Of a DNA stretch of 54,562 nt, positions 23,302-35,253 are shown piece by piece. The position numbers were made by a program, and so were the translations under genes. The stretch's first letter is position 1. Every line of letters starts with the position of its first letter. The stretch is from IMG/VR virus record IMGVR_UViG_3300014024_000065, one strand, 5' to 3'. The notes below the pieces were generated by a model. It searched no databases. It saw nothing but the letters and a program-made list of their open reading frames with translations, and was not told the DNA's origin. Origin of the DNA: a virus.

Positions 23302-23658
23302 ATGGTTGTTATTAAGAAAATCAGCAATGTCATCCCAATCGATTTTGGGGAATTTCAGCTCGAATATAACGCGAATGACGAGGGAGCGAAAAACCTTGAC
23401 AGTTATCGTGATGATCTATCGAAAAGATGGAAGGAAATCAGCAAATTAACCGATGAAGAAATTGCGATTCAAGCGATGGAAATCACAGAAGAAGGCTGGA
23501 GCAGATTGTTCGGCCCAGACGCTTTCCCGAAAGTGTATCAATTCGCAGGCGAAGACACGACGATTGCGTTCAATTATTTGCTTCAGGCCATTCTTGGCAT
23601 TCAAAAGGAATATCTGGAGCGCAATTCAGAAGATACCCTCAAGAAGTATCTAGCATGA
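23302..23658 (+). CDS. Tail assembly chaperone
   Basis: 118 aa, acidic, between the major tail protein and tape measure genes. Confidence 0.6.
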   Translation: MVVIKKISNVIPIDFGEFQLEYNANDEGAKNLDSYRDDLSKRWKEISKLTDEEIAIQAMEITEEGWSRLFGPDAFPKVYQFAGEDTTIAFNYLLQAILGIQKEYLERNSEDTLKKYLA

Positions 23659-23662
23659 TGCT

Positions 23663-24283
23663 ATGTTGGATATTTCTAGGAAATTGGCAGACGAGCTAAT
23701 CTTAGAAATTGATGGCGAAGAGCGAACCTTTCCTTTGTCGCTATCGTTTGACAAGGTTTTGAAAGTTTTTGAGATGTGGGGGGATGATGAGATCCCGGAC
23801 CTTGTTCGACCACATCTAGCCTTAAAAATGTTAACAAATGAGTATTTTGACACGTTAGCAGTAGACGAAGCGATGGAAGTTGTAGCAGCCATTTTTGAAG
23901 AACATATTCAACCCGGAAAAGCTGACAACGGCATCGAGTATGACTTGGCCGGGAATGTTATCAAGACTACATCGTCAGAGGAACCACATAAACGACTCTA
24001 CAATCTGAAGTATGACGGTGATTATGTCTTCGCTTCGTTTATGCAGGCCTACAGAATCGACTTAATCGAAGAGATAGGGAAACTTCATTGGAAAAAGTTT
24101 AATGCTCTTCTTGTTGGGCTTCCAGAAGGCACAAAGTTTGTTGAAGTGTTAAAAATCCGGTCTTATGAGCCACAAAAAGGCGATAGTCAGGAATACATCG
24201 AGAAAATGCGTGAATTACAAAGAGAATTTCGTTTGCCTGATGAAGACGTCGACGATGAAACCGAAGAAGATAGTTGGGACTAG
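23663..24283 (+). CDS. Gp15-like tail-assembly-associated protein
   Basis: 206 aa with an acidic C-terminus (DEDVDDETEEDSWD), immediately upstream of the tape measure gene. Confidence 0.55.
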   Translation: MLDISRKLADELILEIDGEERTFPLSLSFDKVLKVFEMWGDDEIPDLVRPHLALKMLTNEYFDTLAVDEAMEVVAAIFEEHIQPGKADNGIEYDLAGNVIKTTSSEEPHKRLYNLKYDGDYVFASFMQAYRIDLIEEIGKLHWKKFNALLVGLPEGTKFVEVLKIRSYEPQKGDSQEYIEKMRELQREFRLPDEDVDDETEEDSWD

Positions 24284-24296
24284 AAAGGAGGTATAG

Positions 24297-27200
24297 ATGG
24301 CAGATGGTAAGGTTGTCATTCAGGTTGAAATGGATGGTAACAAGGCTCAATCAGGAGTCTCTAAATTAAAAAGTTTGCTCGGAGGATTGAGCGAAAGCGG
24401 CGCTAAGCTCGGATCAGTGTTTAAGTCTGTTTTAGGTGCTAACCTGGTTAGCTCAGCTATCACATCCGGTATAGGTATGGTTGGCTCTGGTATTCGGGAA
24501 ATGGTCGGAGAGTTGAACAGTTCGCAAAAAGCTTGGAAAACCTTTGAGGGGAATTTACAAGCCTTTGGTCGCTCTTCCGACGAAATAAGAAAAGCGAAGG
24601 CTGAGATGCAGGACTTTGCAACCAAGACGATCTATTCAGCTTCTGATATGGCAAGCACTTACTCTCAATTGGACGCGGTCGGTACTAAGAACGTCGGAAG
24701 CCTCGTTAAAGCCTTTGGTGGTCTAGCTGCCTCAGCAGAAAACCCAGCCCAAGCCATGAAATCACTGTCTACCCAAGCGACCCAGATGGCAAGTAAGCCT
24801 AAAGTGGCTTGGATGGACTTTAAGATTATGATGGAGCAAGCTCCTGCTGGTATGGCAGCAGTTGCTAAAGAGATGGGGATGTCTACCGCTGAGCTGGTGT
24901 CAGCTGTTCAAGATGGCAAAATCAAGACAGAGGACTTCTTCGACGCTATGAACCGCGCAGGGAACTCCGACGCTTTCCAAAAGATGGCCACGGAGTTCAA
25001 AACGGTTGACCAGGCTATAGACGGGGCAAAAGAAAGCCTCTCTAATAAGCTCATGCCAGCGTTTGAAAAACTTAATGCATTTGGGATTAAAGCAGTCAAT
25101 GCCCTGTCTAACGCTCTAGAAAAAATAAATTTCGGCAAGCTGGCTGATGGTCTAGGAAAATTCCTTGAGAGTATTGATGTAGAGAAGATTGTAGCAAAAG
25201 TTAGCAGCACTATCTCAAACCTAGCCGGAAAAGTTAAGGCCTTTTGGACTGCCTTCGCTAACACTGGGGCGGTATCTGCCTTTATCAGCGCTATCCAGAG
25301 TATTGCAGGAGCTATTGGTCATATCTGGAATAGTCTAACCGCCTCAAACGAGCTAAACACTCTTGCTAGCGTCCTTGGGAATGTGGTAAAGTGGCTTTCT
25401 CAGGCTGCAACTGTAGCAGCTAACTTTATCAGTTCGCTGCCGGCTGGAGCAATTCAGGCAATAGTAGGCGGTTTGGTTGGTTTAGTTGCTGGCTTCAAAA
25501 CCTTTAACTTTTTAAAATCCTTTAACCCGTTCAACATCTTCAAAAGGAATGCAACAGAAGCTGCAAGCGGAGCAGCTGAAGCTATTACGCAGGGACGGTC
25601 TAAAATCGCTCAAATTTTGGGTAGCTTAAGCTCTGTTATCGGTTCTATTGGAGGAGCGGTCAAATCTGCTGCAATTGGTATAGGGATTGGCATTAAAGCG
25701 GCATTAAGCGGGGTTTCGCAGGTCATACTAGCCTTTGGCGCAGCCTTGCAAACCGCAGGCGTGGCCAATATCCTAGCCTTCGGCGGAGCGGTAGCTACAG
25801 CCGCAGTCGGGATTGGAGCTGGTGTGGCCATCATAGCCGCAGGGTTCGCTCTGCTGGCCACGCAAGGTCAAGGGGTAGCTACTATCATCAATGCGGTAGG
25901 AGAAGCCTTTGCTACGGTAGCAACTGCAATTATCGGAGCTTTTGCCCAAGCCATTGTCACAGTAGCTGGTGTGCTGCCGATTGTGACATCTGCATTGGCT
26001 AATCTAGCGCCTCTAATCGTAGCTTTCGGTCAAGCATTCGGTGCAGCCGCTCCGTTTGTCTCGGCTTTGGGAGAAGCGATAACCTCTATCGCCTCCGTTT
26101 TACCGCCTGTGATTAGTGCTTTTAGTCAGGGTATTTCGGCCATCGTCGAGGCCGTGACCCCAATTGTCGAAATCATAGGCAATGTGTTTACGACAGTAGC
26201 ACAAATTGTCGCAGATGCGATTGTTAGGATAGTGCAGGCTTTGGCTCCATTTATGCCAGCGGTCGTACAGATAGCTCAGGCTTTAGCTCCTGTGCTGCAA
26301 TCAATAGCCGAGGCATTTACGGCATTAGTGGCTCAAATAAGCCCGATAATGGACAGCATAGCAAATCTATTTAGGACGCTAGGCAATGTCATTAAAAGCG
26401 TGCTTGACGGAGCGAAAGGCGTGATAGAGGGCTTCGGGAATGCTGTCAGGACCATTTTAGACGGTATATCTGGTATCTTTGATTCGATTGGTCGAGCTGC
26501 TTTAAGTGCTGGTCAAGGTTTTAAGCTGCTTGCTCAAGGCGTAGTTATGATTACTAACACCAATCTTGGTGATATGGCCGCTTCTCTTGGAGCGGTTGCG
26601 CTTGGTGTTGGTAATATTGCGAGCAAGTCAGCAGGATTGTCTCAAGCTGGTAATGCCATGAAAACACTTGGCGTTGGCATGACAACAGTATCAAGTCAAG
26701 CTAATGCAGCAGTTTCAGGACTAACAAACTTTGCGGCCAGAATTACATCTTTACAGACTGCTGTCACAGCATTGCCTTCAATTCTTGCATCAGCCGCATC
26801 AAGTTTTGCTAGTTTCGCAAGTCAGGTCGTGTCTGGTATCGCTGGTCTATCAGCTATTAATGCCCCTATCACCGCATTGAGAACTCAAGTAACGACGATC
26901 ACACCTGCTTTATTGCAGGCTGCCATGGGCTTTGCTGTATTTGGTGCTCAGGTTATAGCAATCAACTCAAGCCTTACGATAGTCTCTGCTACCTTTGTGC
27001 AAGTTGGAACAAGCGCTGCAAGCGCCTCTGGCCAGATTACAGCTATTTCAGCAAGTACGGCATCAGCGATTGCAGCCTTTGCATCAATGTCTGCACAGGT
27101 TCAATCCTCTATGCAAATGATGCTTTCTGTCGTTCGCTCTACGGGTAGTCAGATGATTTCGCAAGGTCGCCAGACCGGGCAGCAAACCTCACAGAATATC

Positions 27201-27845
27201 GCCCAAGGAATCCGAGGAGGAGGGGGGCAAGTAAGGAGCGCCATGAGCTCTCTGGTAAATGCCGCTCGTTCTGTTGGTATGTCTGGAGCCGCGACTATGC
27301 GCTATGTCGGGGCTATGATTGGCCAAGGATTAGCCCAAGGTATGTATTCGGCTTTAGGGGCTGTGACAGCTGCAGCAAATGCACTTGTCGCACAAGCCGA
27401 ACGTGCAGCGCAGGCTAAAGCTCGCATCCACTCGCCATCGCGACTGTTCCGGGATAATGTAGGTCGCTACATTTCCCAAGGTATGGCTGTTGGTATTTTG
27501 GCGGATGCGCATAAAGTAGATGCTGCAATGGGTGATGTTTACGATCAAATCAGAGCCTTTAAATATGCTCCGGAAGACATCATTGGCGTTGGTCAATCGC
27601 AGCTGTCTAGAACAGTGCAGGTCAAATCAGACCTAGAACGGTCAATAAAAGCCAGCGTTAAGGTTGTACAAGAGAAATCTAACAATCTTGTAGAACGCGC
27701 ACTTGAAGTTGCTGAACGAGCCGTGAGACGACCTGTGAACATGGTATTGGACGACGGAGCTCTAGTTGCTAAAATCGGTAAACCAATGACCGATTATCAA
27801 AATGATAAGTTGTTACTAGATAACATGATGAGAGGAATAACATAA
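24297..27845 (+). CDS. Tail tape measure protein
   Basis: 1182 aa. It has a long Ala/Gly/Ile-rich repetitive hydrophobic core and is the largest ORF in the tail module apart from the fibre. Confidence 0.9.
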   Translation: MADGKVVIQVEMDGNKAQSGVSKLKSLLGGLSESGAKLGSVFKSVLGANLVSSAITSGIGMVGSGIREMVGELNSSQKAWKTFEGNLQAFGRSSDEIRKAKAEMQDFATKTIYSASDMASTYSQLDAVGTKNVGSLVKAFGGLAASAENPAQAMKSLSTQATQMASKPKVAWMDFKIMMEQAPAGMAAVAKEMGMSTAELVSAVQDGKIKTEDFFDAMNRAGNSDAFQKMATEFKTVDQAIDGAKESLSNKLMPAFEKLNAFGIKAVNALSNALEKINFGKLADGLGKFLESIDVEKIVAKVSSTISNLAGKVKAFWTAFANTGAVSAFISAIQSIAGAIGHIWNSLTASNELNTLASVLGNVVKWLSQAATVAANFISSLPAGAIQAIVGGLVGLVAGFKTFNFLKSFNPFNIFKRNATEAASGAAEAITQGRSKIAQILGSLSSVIGSIGGAVKSAAIGIGIGIKAALSGVSQVILAFGAALQTAGVANILAFGGAVATAAVGIGAGVAIIAAGFALLATQGQGVATIINAVGEAFATVATAIIGAFAQAIVTVAGVLPIVTSALANLAPLIVAFGQAFGAAAPFVSALGEAITSIASVLPPVISAFSQGISAIVEAVTPIVEIIGNVFTTVAQIVADAIVRIVQALAPFMPAVVQIAQALAPVLQSIAEAFTALVAQISPIMDSIANLFRTLGNVIKSVLDGAKGVIEGFGNAVRTILDGISGIFDSIGRAALSAGQGFKLLAQGVVMITNTNLGDMAASLGAVALGVGNIASKSAGLSQAGNAMKTLGVGMTTVSSQANAAVSGLTNFAARITSLQTAVTALPSILASAASSFASFASQVVSGIAGLSAINAPITALRTQVTTITPALLQAAMGFAVFGAQVIAINSSLTIVSATFVQVGTSAASASGQITAISASTASAIAAFASMSAQVQSSMQMMLSVVRSTGSQMISQGRQTGQQTSQNIAQGIRGGGGQVRSAMSSLVNAARSVGMSGAATMRYVGAMIGQGLAQGMYSALGAVTAAANALVAQAERAAQAKARIHSPSRLFRDNVGRYISQGMAVGILADAHKVDAAMGDVYDQIRAFKYAPEDIIGVGQSQLSRTVQVKSDLERSIKASVKVVQEKSNNLVERALEVAERAVRRPVNMVLDDGALVAKIGKPMTDYQNDKLLLDNMMRGIT

Positions 27846-29287
27846 TGGATACAATCATCTATAACAATCATGACCTCTCTGAGGTTATCCGGATAATTGA
27901 AGTTATCCGACCAGTCGGAAATGAGAGGAGTGTCACGACAAACGACGCTCCTCTTTTAGGTGTTAACGTACAAGATTTAAAGATAGGGCCTAAAAAAATC
28001 AAAGTAAAATTTGCGATCCACAAAAAGACAGCTAGAGATGCCGAAGGCACAAAACACGCTCTGGCAAACATCTTGAACACGAAGAAACCTGTACGGATCA
28101 CGATATCTGATGAGCCTGATAAATATTATCTTGGCATGGCTGTCGGAGCTGTGGATATGGACATCGTTGCTCGCTGGTTTCAAAAAGGGGAGTTTGATAT
28201 TTTGATTCCCGATGGCGTGGCCCACGCTATCACTTACAAGCGATTTGATAACCCTAAGCAAGAAGGAAATAAGCTGGTTTTTGATTTGGTGAACAATGGG
28301 AACGTTGATGCTTTTCCTGTCGTCACCGTCAGAAACAACTCAGAAAATGGGTATATCGGCTTGGTCAATCCTAGTGGCGCTATGGAGCTCGGCAATCGAG
28401 AAGAAACTGACTTAGAAACCTATAAACAATCAGAAATCCTTTTTGATTATGTGACGAATAACGGAATCGTGAAAGGATTTGCTGCAGCAAGGAAAGAATC
28501 TGGGGCACTCAGGATTGAAAACAACTGGGGACGCCCACACTTAGCTCTAGTTCCAGGCAACAACTCTGGAACGATCTCTTGGGACATTCCAGTTGATAGT
28601 TCTGGCCAAAGAGGTGCTTTGAATGATTACCTCTGGTGGCGGCAGATTTGTTGGCTCGGTGCCGGTAATCAAATGGGGCTCATGAAAATAAACTTCGTCG
28701 ACAGCACCGGAAGATTTATTTATGGAGTAGAGATTTACAAAAGATGGTTTGGCTTGGAATGTGAATATAATTTCTTGGTCCGTGGAGACAATGGACCGCG
28801 TCTTGTTAAGAAATGGCAATTCACCGGAACACACTACGATCATCACAACCCCTTTAATGCGGAGCGGGGATGGTCTGATATTCAGCGCCGTGACGACATG
28901 GTGCAGGTGTTTTGGTGGGGGACTTATCCACAATTTCATATTCCAGAAATCAAGGGAATAAAGACTGCTAAAATCCAAGTGATTATCAGCTCTATCAGCA
29001 ATAATCCAATGATAAGTCACCTCTATCTAGACAGTCTTGTATATCGCAAAGATTTTGTCACAGGGATCCGTGATGTACCTAATCGGTATCGACCAGGATC
29101 GACAGTCGTGATAGATTGCGAAAATGATGGTATTACCGTGGATGGTCTGAACAAGTTCAGCGACCGCGTCCATGGTTCAAGTTGGTTAAAAGTTCCGCCC
29201 GGCAACAGCAAGCTAGAGGTTTACTGTTCAAGTTGGGCGAAGAACAAACCAACAGTAGCGGTCAATTTTGAGGAAAGGTGGTTATAA
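27845..29287 (+). CDS. Distal tail protein (Dit), extended form
   Basis: 480 aa, directly after the tape measure gene with an ATAATG overlap. Confidence 0.75.
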   Translation: MDTIIYNNHDLSEVIRIIEVIRPVGNERSVTTNDAPLLGVNVQDLKIGPKKIKVKFAIHKKTARDAEGTKHALANILNTKKPVRITISDEPDKYYLGMAVGAVDMDIVARWFQKGEFDILIPDGVAHAITYKRFDNPKQEGNKLVFDLVNNGNVDAFPVVTVRNNSENGYIGLVNPSGAMELGNREETDLETYKQSEILFDYVTNNGIVKGFAAARKESGALRIENNWGRPHLALVPGNNSGTISWDIPVDSSGQRGALNDYLWWRQICWLGAGNQMGLMKINFVDSTGRFIYGVEIYKRWFGLECEYNFLVRGDNGPRLVKKWQFTGTHYDHHNPFNAERGWSDIQRRDDMVQVFWWGTYPQFHIPEIKGIKTAKIQVIISSISNNPMISHLYLDSLVYRKDFVTGIRDVPNRYRPGSTVVIDCENDGITVDGLNKFSDRVHGSSWLKVPPGNSKLEVYCSSWAKNKPTVAVNFEERWL

Positions 29288-32200
29288 ATGTTACTGACAA
29301 TTCATGATGCTCACTTGCATCCTGTCGCTTCGATCGACAACGACAAGCAGACTACATTGAATTATTTTAACGATACCTGGCATCGTTTCTTTGAGACCGG
29401 TGCCGCCACCTTTGATTTTACAGTCGCAAAAAAGACCTTGAGTACAGATACGCATTCGAAGCGAGCTTACAATCTTTTGAGCGAAAAGAACTTTATCTCT
29501 TTTGAGTATGAAGGGGAAACCCAGCTCTTTACCGTCCGGAAAACAGTTGAAAACGAGAAAGTGATTAAAGTAAACTGCGTAAATTTCAACCTCGAATTGA
29601 TTAACGAATATGCAAACCCATACAAAGCACCAAAAGCAATGTCCTTTAAAGAGTATTGCGAAGCTATGGATTTGCTCAATTTCACCTTGCTGCAGATTGG
29701 GATAAACGAAGTTTCTGACAAAAAAATCACTGCCGAATGGGAAGGTCAGGATACTAAGCTAGCTCGTTTGCTTTCCTTGGCCAATAAATTCGGAGCTGAA
29801 CTCGAGTTTAAAACACGGCTTAATGATGACAGCTCTATCAAAGCTTTTATGGTCAACGTGTACCATGAAAACGACGCAACGCATCAAGGCGTGGGGAAAG
29901 TCCAGTCTAAAGTGTTGCGTTATGGACGTGACTTTCGCTCTCTTACTCGCACGGTTGATACAACAGGAATTTATAACGCCACACGGCCAACTGGTAAGAC
30001 AGAAGAAGGCGAAGTCGTAACGATTGCAGGAATGCAAACGCTGGAAATTAAAAACGAAAAAGGAGAGATTGAGTTTTTCCAAAGAGGGGAAATGCTCTAC
30101 GCTCCGCTATCGATGAGCATGTTTCCAGCGGCATTTACTAGCGGGACGATGGCTGACCAATGGATCCGAAAGGATTTTTCGGTCGAGTCAGCAAGCAAAG
30201 AAGTTATCCGATCTAGTGCTCTGAGAGAGTTAAAAAAGAATTGCTATCCAGCATTGACTTACGAGGTAGACGGCTTTCTGCCCTACGGCGTCGGAGATAC
30301 CGTTGAGGTTGAAGATGATGGTTTCTACCCAACATTGTTGCTCCAAATGCGAGTCTTTGAGCAGTCTATGAGCTTTACAGGAACCGGCGAGAACAAGACG
30401 GTATTTGCCAACTTTAAAGCGATTGAAAACAAAGTCTCAAGCAGTCTGCAGCAACGTTTAGAAAACATGCTTGAAGAAGCGAAGCCGTATTTGATCAATC
30501 TTGCTACTGATAATGGCCACATCTTTAAAAACAACCAGGGTGAATCCACGGTTTTCCCGACGCTCAAAAAGGGCAATAAGGTTGTGGAATGTGTCTGGAA
30601 GTGGCTGGTTGATAACGAGGATTTTGGACAAGCTCCAAGTCATAAGGTCACAGCGGCAGGAATGAGGGAATCCCTTACCTTGACGGCTATAGCCTTGGTA
30701 AACGGTCAGGAAGTGGCCAGAGAGCAGCTGACATTTACTAATGTCAACGATGGTCAAAATGGAGCTAAAGGCGACCCAGGACCACAAGGACCGAAAGGGT
30801 CAACTGGAGCAACCGGAGCCAAAGGCGACAAAGGAGAGACTGGAGCTAGAGGTCCTCAAGGTGAACGTGGGCCACAGGGAGCTGTAGGACCACAAGGACC
30901 AAAGGGAGAGCGAGGAGACCCAGCTGACACTGCTGAATTAAAAAAAGCTGTGACAGCAGCTCAATCCCAATTGGCAGATGTCAAAAACAATCTGGAAGGG
31001 GTTAGGGCGAACCTGACGCAGGCTCAGAGTCAGTTGTCTGGCAGTATCAGTCAAATCCGCTCGGATGTTGGCTTCATCCGCACCAAACAAGGCCAGCACG
31101 AAGCCGAAATCGGCAAGCAAGTGCAGGCGCTCAATGCGGCCAAAAACGAGTTAGCGGGCGTGAAATCTGCTCAGTCAACGTTTGAGCAGACGACTACTCG
31201 CAGGTTAGCTGAGCTGACGAATCTGGCGGACGGCAAGGCGAGTAAGTCCGAGCTTGTGCAGACCGCGGAAGAGCTGAAAAGCAAGATTGCGAGTGTGCAT
31301 TTAGGTCGCAGAAACTTGCTAAAAGGCACAAAGGAGCTCGCGAAATACAAACCGACTAGCGAATACAACGGTTTTAAGGTCATCAGGACGGTTGCAGGAG
31401 CAACCAGCTATCGCGATAGCTACACAGAAAGAACCGTCGTACCAACGACCGGGACAGAGTACATAGCTATCTTTTATGCGAGAGCTAGCGAAAATGACTA
31501 TCCTATGCGCTGTCATTTTTACAATCCAAACACAGTCACATCATCCGAAAACAGCAGTGGATATAACTCAAGGTCGTCAGACGGCTTGTCTGTTATCCGT
31601 CTCTCGACAGACTGGCAGTTGTGCTGGGTCAAGTGGACCCAAACCACAACAGACCAAGCCAAGACGGTCATCATTGGCCGTCACGGCCCGCAAGTCGGAG
31701 GTAAAGAGGGCGTCTGGGTCGAAATCTGCGCCCCTGCCCTTTTTGAGGGCAATCTTGTCGGTGACTGGACACCAGCCTACGAAGACCAAGACGAGCGTGT
31801 CTCAGCCGTCGAGTCTAGCTTTAAGCAACGAGCTGACTTAATCGAAGCTGGCGTGAACCGCTTGACTGAGGGGATCAAGACTAAGGCTGACAGCAGCGCT
31901 TTGACTGTGCTCTCAGATAGTATCAAGCAGTCTGTCAAGTCACTCGAGACTAACACGCAGAACCAGCTGGACTCAAAATTGAGCACGGCCGAATTTGATG
32001 TGCGAGCGTCTGGCATTCATCAGGAAATCATCAATGCGACCAAAGACAAGGCCGATAAGGCCTTGGTCACAGCAGAAGCTGGGCGGTTGAGGGAGGAGTT
32101 GGCGAGTATGCAGGTCGGAGGTCGGAATTTGATGGGCGTGTTTAATACAACGTCTGTCAAATCGACGTTTGAACCCAATACATATAGGTTTACAGCAAAG

Positions 32201-34021
32201 ACGACCAAAAACACGACTAAACCAACTCTACAACTCCAATTTCGTTGGACAGATGGAACTTACAGCGCTATTGTATGGGTAGGTCAAGAGGGTGTTTTTA
32301 AAAAATCGTTTAGGATAACAAAAGATTACACAGAGCTTAGGATCAAATTTAATTGCAATAAGGAAGATGCAGTCTTGCTCTTTAAAGGCAATAAATTCAT
32401 CGAGCTCAATACAGACTACCTTTTTACTGGTGACTTGATTAACCTGTCACCAAACGACAGCCAAGCAAACTTTTTGAAAATCGAAAAAGCGACTATCCCA
32501 TCCGATTGGAGCCCGGCTCTCGAAGACACGGAAGGCCTCATCACCGAGGCTAAAGCAACCTTTGAGCGGACAGCTCAAGGCTTGCGCACTGACTTGTCAG
32601 CGGTGCAGGCCTACGTCAACGCTGACGGCACACGCTCAGAAGCCTTGCGCACTTTCTCTCGTGAGGAGACGGCACGCCAACTGACTGCTGAGCGCAAGCT
32701 CATTGAGGCTGGATATGTGGGCAAGGCTACATATGCAGAAGATGTGAAAGGCATAAGCAGACGGTTTGAGGAGCTGAAAACCAGCTCTGAGACTAAGCTG
32801 GCTGAGTTTAAACAGGGGATTGACGGCCAACTAGCTACTGTGCAGGCTGCCCTTAATACAGCCAACGGATCATTAACCAGTTTTAACAACTGGAAGCAAT
32901 CAGCGCAGGAAACCTTAAACAAAGTCGGCAGAGTCGAGGCTACTCTTAACGAGACCAAGACTAGCTTAGCTGAGTTTAAGCGCACGGCTGAAGGTCAGCT
33001 GACTACGATTACTCAACAGGTTGCTGGGAAAGTCTCACAAGCAGAGCTAACTCAACGAGCTAATCAAATCACGCAAGCTGTGCAGGAGCTAAACAATTCA
33101 GTCCTCAGAAAAAGCCAAGTCAAAATCAACGAGGGCGGCATCATCTCAAGCGTCGAGAAGACCGTCAACGGCCAGACCTTGGCCAGCATGATTGCTCAAA
33201 GCCCAGAAAATGTTGAGATTATCGCTCGCTTGCTAAAAGTCAAAGGCGATATGATCGTCAACGGCTCTGTCACAGTTGACAAGCTAAACATTGAGGGTGA
33301 GCTATCAGCTTTAAGTGGTAAGCTTGGTAGGGTGACCTCTGGAGAAATCATCAACGAGTACGAAACACCTTACACAAGAGGTGAAATCAGAATCGCTGAT
33401 AACATCCAGATTACGAACCACAACAAGTCAGGACCTCGCTCGAATTTGGGCAAGGAAGAAATCAAGATGCTGCCAAACGGCATCCTGATGCATGCTTACG
33501 ACGTTAACGAGAAGCCGATCCATACGATGCAAGTGTCGCCTGACGTTATTTCTTACCAACGCCTTAACTACTCGCTGAAAGGCGGAGGGACAGGCTCTTG
33601 GGATTTGGCGTATTCAAACGGATATTCCGCCCTCAACATCGATACAGTCAACCAGAAAATAAGGTTACAGGCCGAGTCTAGTTTGATGTGGGGCGTCAAT
33701 GCTACGTTCTTGCGGATCGGGAATCTAGTGACAGTCTCGGTTACTAGAATCATCAAGAACATTGCTAGTATTGTCGAGAATGGCAAAGCAGTTGAACGGA
33801 TACCAGCCGGATTTCGGCCAATCTCCCAAGCTCACTTAACATTGACTGGTAATGTCAATGCGACAATTGACGCAACGTGTATCGTCCACTTGGAGCCTGA
33901 CGGCGCTATCAGATACACAAATAATAAATTTGGTGATCGTGTCTGGACGGGTACTGTCAGCTATACGACTGTGGATGAATTCCCTCTGGCTGGAGACGTG
34001 CCAAAAGGCAAAATCATATAG
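29288..34021 (+). CDS. Tail-associated/receptor-binding fibre protein with collagen-like repeat
   Basis: 1577 aa. It has a Tal-like N-terminus, 19 G-X-Y triplets (30752..30922), long coiled-coil stretches and a C-terminal globular domain. Confidence 0.8.
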   Translation: MLLTIHDAHLHPVASIDNDKQTTLNYFNDTWHRFFETGAATFDFTVAKKTLSTDTHSKRAYNLLSEKNFISFEYEGETQLFTVRKTVENEKVIKVNCVNFNLELINEYANPYKAPKAMSFKEYCEAMDLLNFTLLQIGINEVSDKKITAEWEGQDTKLARLLSLANKFGAELEFKTRLNDDSSIKAFMVNVYHENDATHQGVGKVQSKVLRYGRDFRSLTRTVDTTGIYNATRPTGKTEEGEVVTIAGMQTLEIKNEKGEIEFFQRGEMLYAPLSMSMFPAAFTSGTMADQWIRKDFSVESASKEVIRSSALRELKKNCYPALTYEVDGFLPYGVGDTVEVEDDGFYPTLLLQMRVFEQSMSFTGTGENKTVFANFKAIENKVSSSLQQRLENMLEEAKPYLINLATDNGHIFKNNQGESTVFPTLKKGNKVVECVWKWLVDNEDFGQAPSHKVTAAGMRESLTLTAIALVNGQEVAREQLTFTNVNDGQNGAKGDPGPQGPKGSTGATGAKGDKGETGARGPQGERGPQGAVGPQGPKGERGDPADTAELKKAVTAAQSQLADVKNNLEGVRANLTQAQSQLSGSISQIRSDVGFIRTKQGQHEAEIGKQVQALNAAKNELAGVKSAQSTFEQTTTRRLAELTNLADGKASKSELVQTAEELKSKIASVHLGRRNLLKGTKELAKYKPTSEYNGFKVIRTVAGATSYRDSYTERTVVPTTGTEYIAIFYARASENDYPMRCHFYNPNTVTSSENSSGYNSRSSDGLSVIRLSTDWQLCWVKWTQTTTDQAKTVIIGRHGPQVGGKEGVWVEICAPALFEGNLVGDWTPAYEDQDERVSAVESSFKQRADLIEAGVNRLTEGIKTKADSSALTVLSDSIKQSVKSLETNTQNQLDSKLSTAEFDVRASGIHQEIINATKDKADKALVTAEAGRLREELASMQVGGRNLMGVFNTTSVKSTFEPNTYRFTAKTTKNTTKPTLQLQFRWTDGTYSAIVWVGQEGVFKKSFRITKDYTELRIKFNCNKEDAVLLFKGNKFIELNTDYLFTGDLINLSPNDSQANFLKIEKATIPSDWSPALEDTEGLITEAKATFERTAQGLRTDLSAVQAYVNADGTRSEALRTFSREETARQLTAERKLIEAGYVGKATYAEDVKGISRRFEELKTSSETKLAEFKQGIDGQLATVQAALNTANGSLTSFNNWKQSAQETLNKVGRVEATLNETKTSLAEFKRTAEGQLTTITQQVAGKVSQAELTQRANQITQAVQELNNSVLRKSQVKINEGGIISSVEKTVNGQTLASMIAQSPENVEIIARLLKVKGDMIVNGSVTVDKLNIEGELSALSGKLGRVTSGEIINEYETPYTRGEIRIADNIQITNHNKSGPRSNLGKEEIKMLPNGILMHAYDVNEKPIHTMQVSPDVISYQRLNYSLKGGGTGSWDLAYSNGYSALNIDTVNQKIRLQAESSLMWGVNATFLRIGNLVTVSVTRIIKNIASIVENGKAVERIPAGFRPISQAHLTLTGNVNATIDATCIVHLEPDGAIRYTNNKFGDRVWTGTVSYTTVDEFPLAGDVPKGKII

Positions 34022-34031
34022 AGAGGATCCT

Positions 34032-34223
34032 ATGGATAACAAATTTTATAATCTTATGCTAGCTGGATATAAGGAACGGCTAGATAACTCGACTTTGGGA
34101 GAAATTGAACTAAAAGCTCGATTGATCCTGGAGCAAGAAAAAAACGCTGAATTGCAAGCGAAAGTTGAAGAGCTGGAAGCTTTGCTTGAAGAACAAACGA
34201 AACCAGCTGAAGAAGGAGAATAA
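34032..34223 (+). CDS. Hypothetical protein (63 aa)
   Basis: Start at the internal ATG (MDNKFYNLMLAGYKERL) just after the fibre stop codon. Confidence 0.55.
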   Translation: MDNKFYNLMLAGYKERLDNSTLGEIELKARLILEQEKNAELQAKVEELEALLEEQTKPAEEGE

Positions 34224-34225
34224 TC

Positions 34226-34480
34226 ATGACTTTAGAAATTACAAAAACAACTAAAATCGTAGGCCGTATTAAAATCGACGACACAGTCGTCAAGACAATG
34301 ACAGCGGATATTGACGATAAAGGTGTAACAACACCTAGCGATTGGGTCGATAATGCTGAGATTTACGCGGCTAACCGTCGCGAGGTGCGGAAACAAGAAC
34401 AGGCATTTCAGGAGGCGGTCTATGCTGCGGAAGATGCGATTATTTCCGAGCTGGAAGCAAAAGGAGCCGAGAAAAAATAG
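34226..34480 (+). CDS. Hypothetical protein (84 aa)
   Basis: ORF with a GAAGGAGAA RBS, lying between the fibre gene and the lysis cassette. Confidence 0.6.
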   Translation: MTLEITKTTKIVGRIKIDDTVVKTMTADIDDKGVTTPSDWVDNAEIYAANRREVRKQEQAFQEAVYAAEDAIISELEAKGAEKK

Positions 34481-34493
34481 GAGGCGGTGAAAT

Positions 34494-34901
34494 GTGAATC
34501 ATTTAATAGACTTTGTGGACAAGCTCACGCCTGTCCTGGTAGTGATTATTCCCAGTTATTTTAGCTACAGGAGTAATCAAAATAGCAAAGAAACCGACAA
34601 ACGAATCGAAGCTCTGGCCGAAGATTTGGGCGACCTGAAAGAGTCTGTGACCAATATACAAAATATCGGAAATATAAATAATCAGGATCTAAATCTGATC
34701 CAAAAAGGTTTGCAACGCTTGCAACGTTTTCGATTGCAGGAAAATCTAAAAAAAGCTTTGAGGCGTGGCCAGACTACCCAGCATGAGCTGGAAGAGCTGT
34801 CCCGCCTTTACGAGAGCTATGTTGAGCTTGGCGGCAATGGTGCCATCAAGCTTTTGTTTGAGAAATTCTCGAAATTACCAATCAAGGAGGAAAAAGTGTG
34901 A
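34494..34901 (+). CDS. Membrane protein of the lysis cassette (holin-associated)
   Basis: 135 aa. GTG start after an AGGAGG RBS. N-terminal TM segment LTPVLVVIIPSYFSY followed by a coiled coil. Confidence 0.55.
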   Translation: MNHLIDFVDKLTPVLVVIIPSYFSYRSNQNSKETDKRIEALAEDLGDLKESVTNIQNIGNINNQDLNLIQKGLQRLQRFRLQENLKKALRRGQTTQHELEELSRLYESYVELGGNGAIKLLFEKFSKLPIKEEKV

Positions 34902-35158
34902 ATAAGATCAATTGGACGGTGCGTCTGAAAAATAAGAATTTCTGGCTGGCTCTGGTGCCCGCTATTGCCTTGCTTTTGCAGGCTGCGGGCGACATCTTTG
35001 GACTTAAGCTGGAGTTTGGAGTAACGATTGATAAGATTTTAGTCTTTATCAATGTACTCTTCGCTTTGCTTGTTCTCGTCGGGGTTGTTAACGACCCAAC
35101 GACTGCTGGACTAGCTGATAGCCAACGAGCTTTAAGCTATGAAGAACCTAAGAAATAA
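34898..35158 (+). CDS. Holin (phi LC3-type)
   Basis: 86 aa with two TM segments (FWLALVPAIALLLQAAG and ILVFINVLFALLVLVGVV) and a charged C-terminus. Lies immediately upstream of the lysin gene. Confidence 0.75.
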   Translation: MNKINWTVRLKNKNFWLALVPAIALLLQAAGDIFGLKLEFGVTIDKILVFINVLFALLVLVGVVNDPTTAGLADSQRALSYEEPKK

Positions 35159-35249
35159 CATAAAAGAGCAGGCTCTGAAGCTTGCTCTGTTTGCTTTTGC
35201 TGCTGGCTACTTTTGGCTTGCGGCGTTTGAAAAATTGAAAGGAAAATGA
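35139..35249 (+). CDS. Possible 36-aa membrane peptide between holin and lysin
   Basis: MKNLRNNIKEQALKLALFAFAAGYFWLAAFEKLKGK. Overlaps the holin 3' end in another frame and has no clear RBS. Confidence 0.3.
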   Translation: MKNLRNNIKEQALKLALFAFAAGYFWLAAFEKLKGK

Positions 35250-35253
35250 AAAA

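Noticed and set aside
23302-24283. Programmed -1 frameshift joining the two tail-chaperone ORFs (G/GT type)
   Set aside because: The second ORF is in the +1 frame relative to the first and has its own ATG 4 nt after the stop. I could find no slippery heptamer near the 3' end of the first ORF.
28547-29020. 157-aa ORF antisense to the Dit gene, and similar antisense ORFs within the tape measure, fibre and lysin genes
   Set aside because: They lie inside long, well-supported sense genes. They lack RBSs and their composition is implausible.
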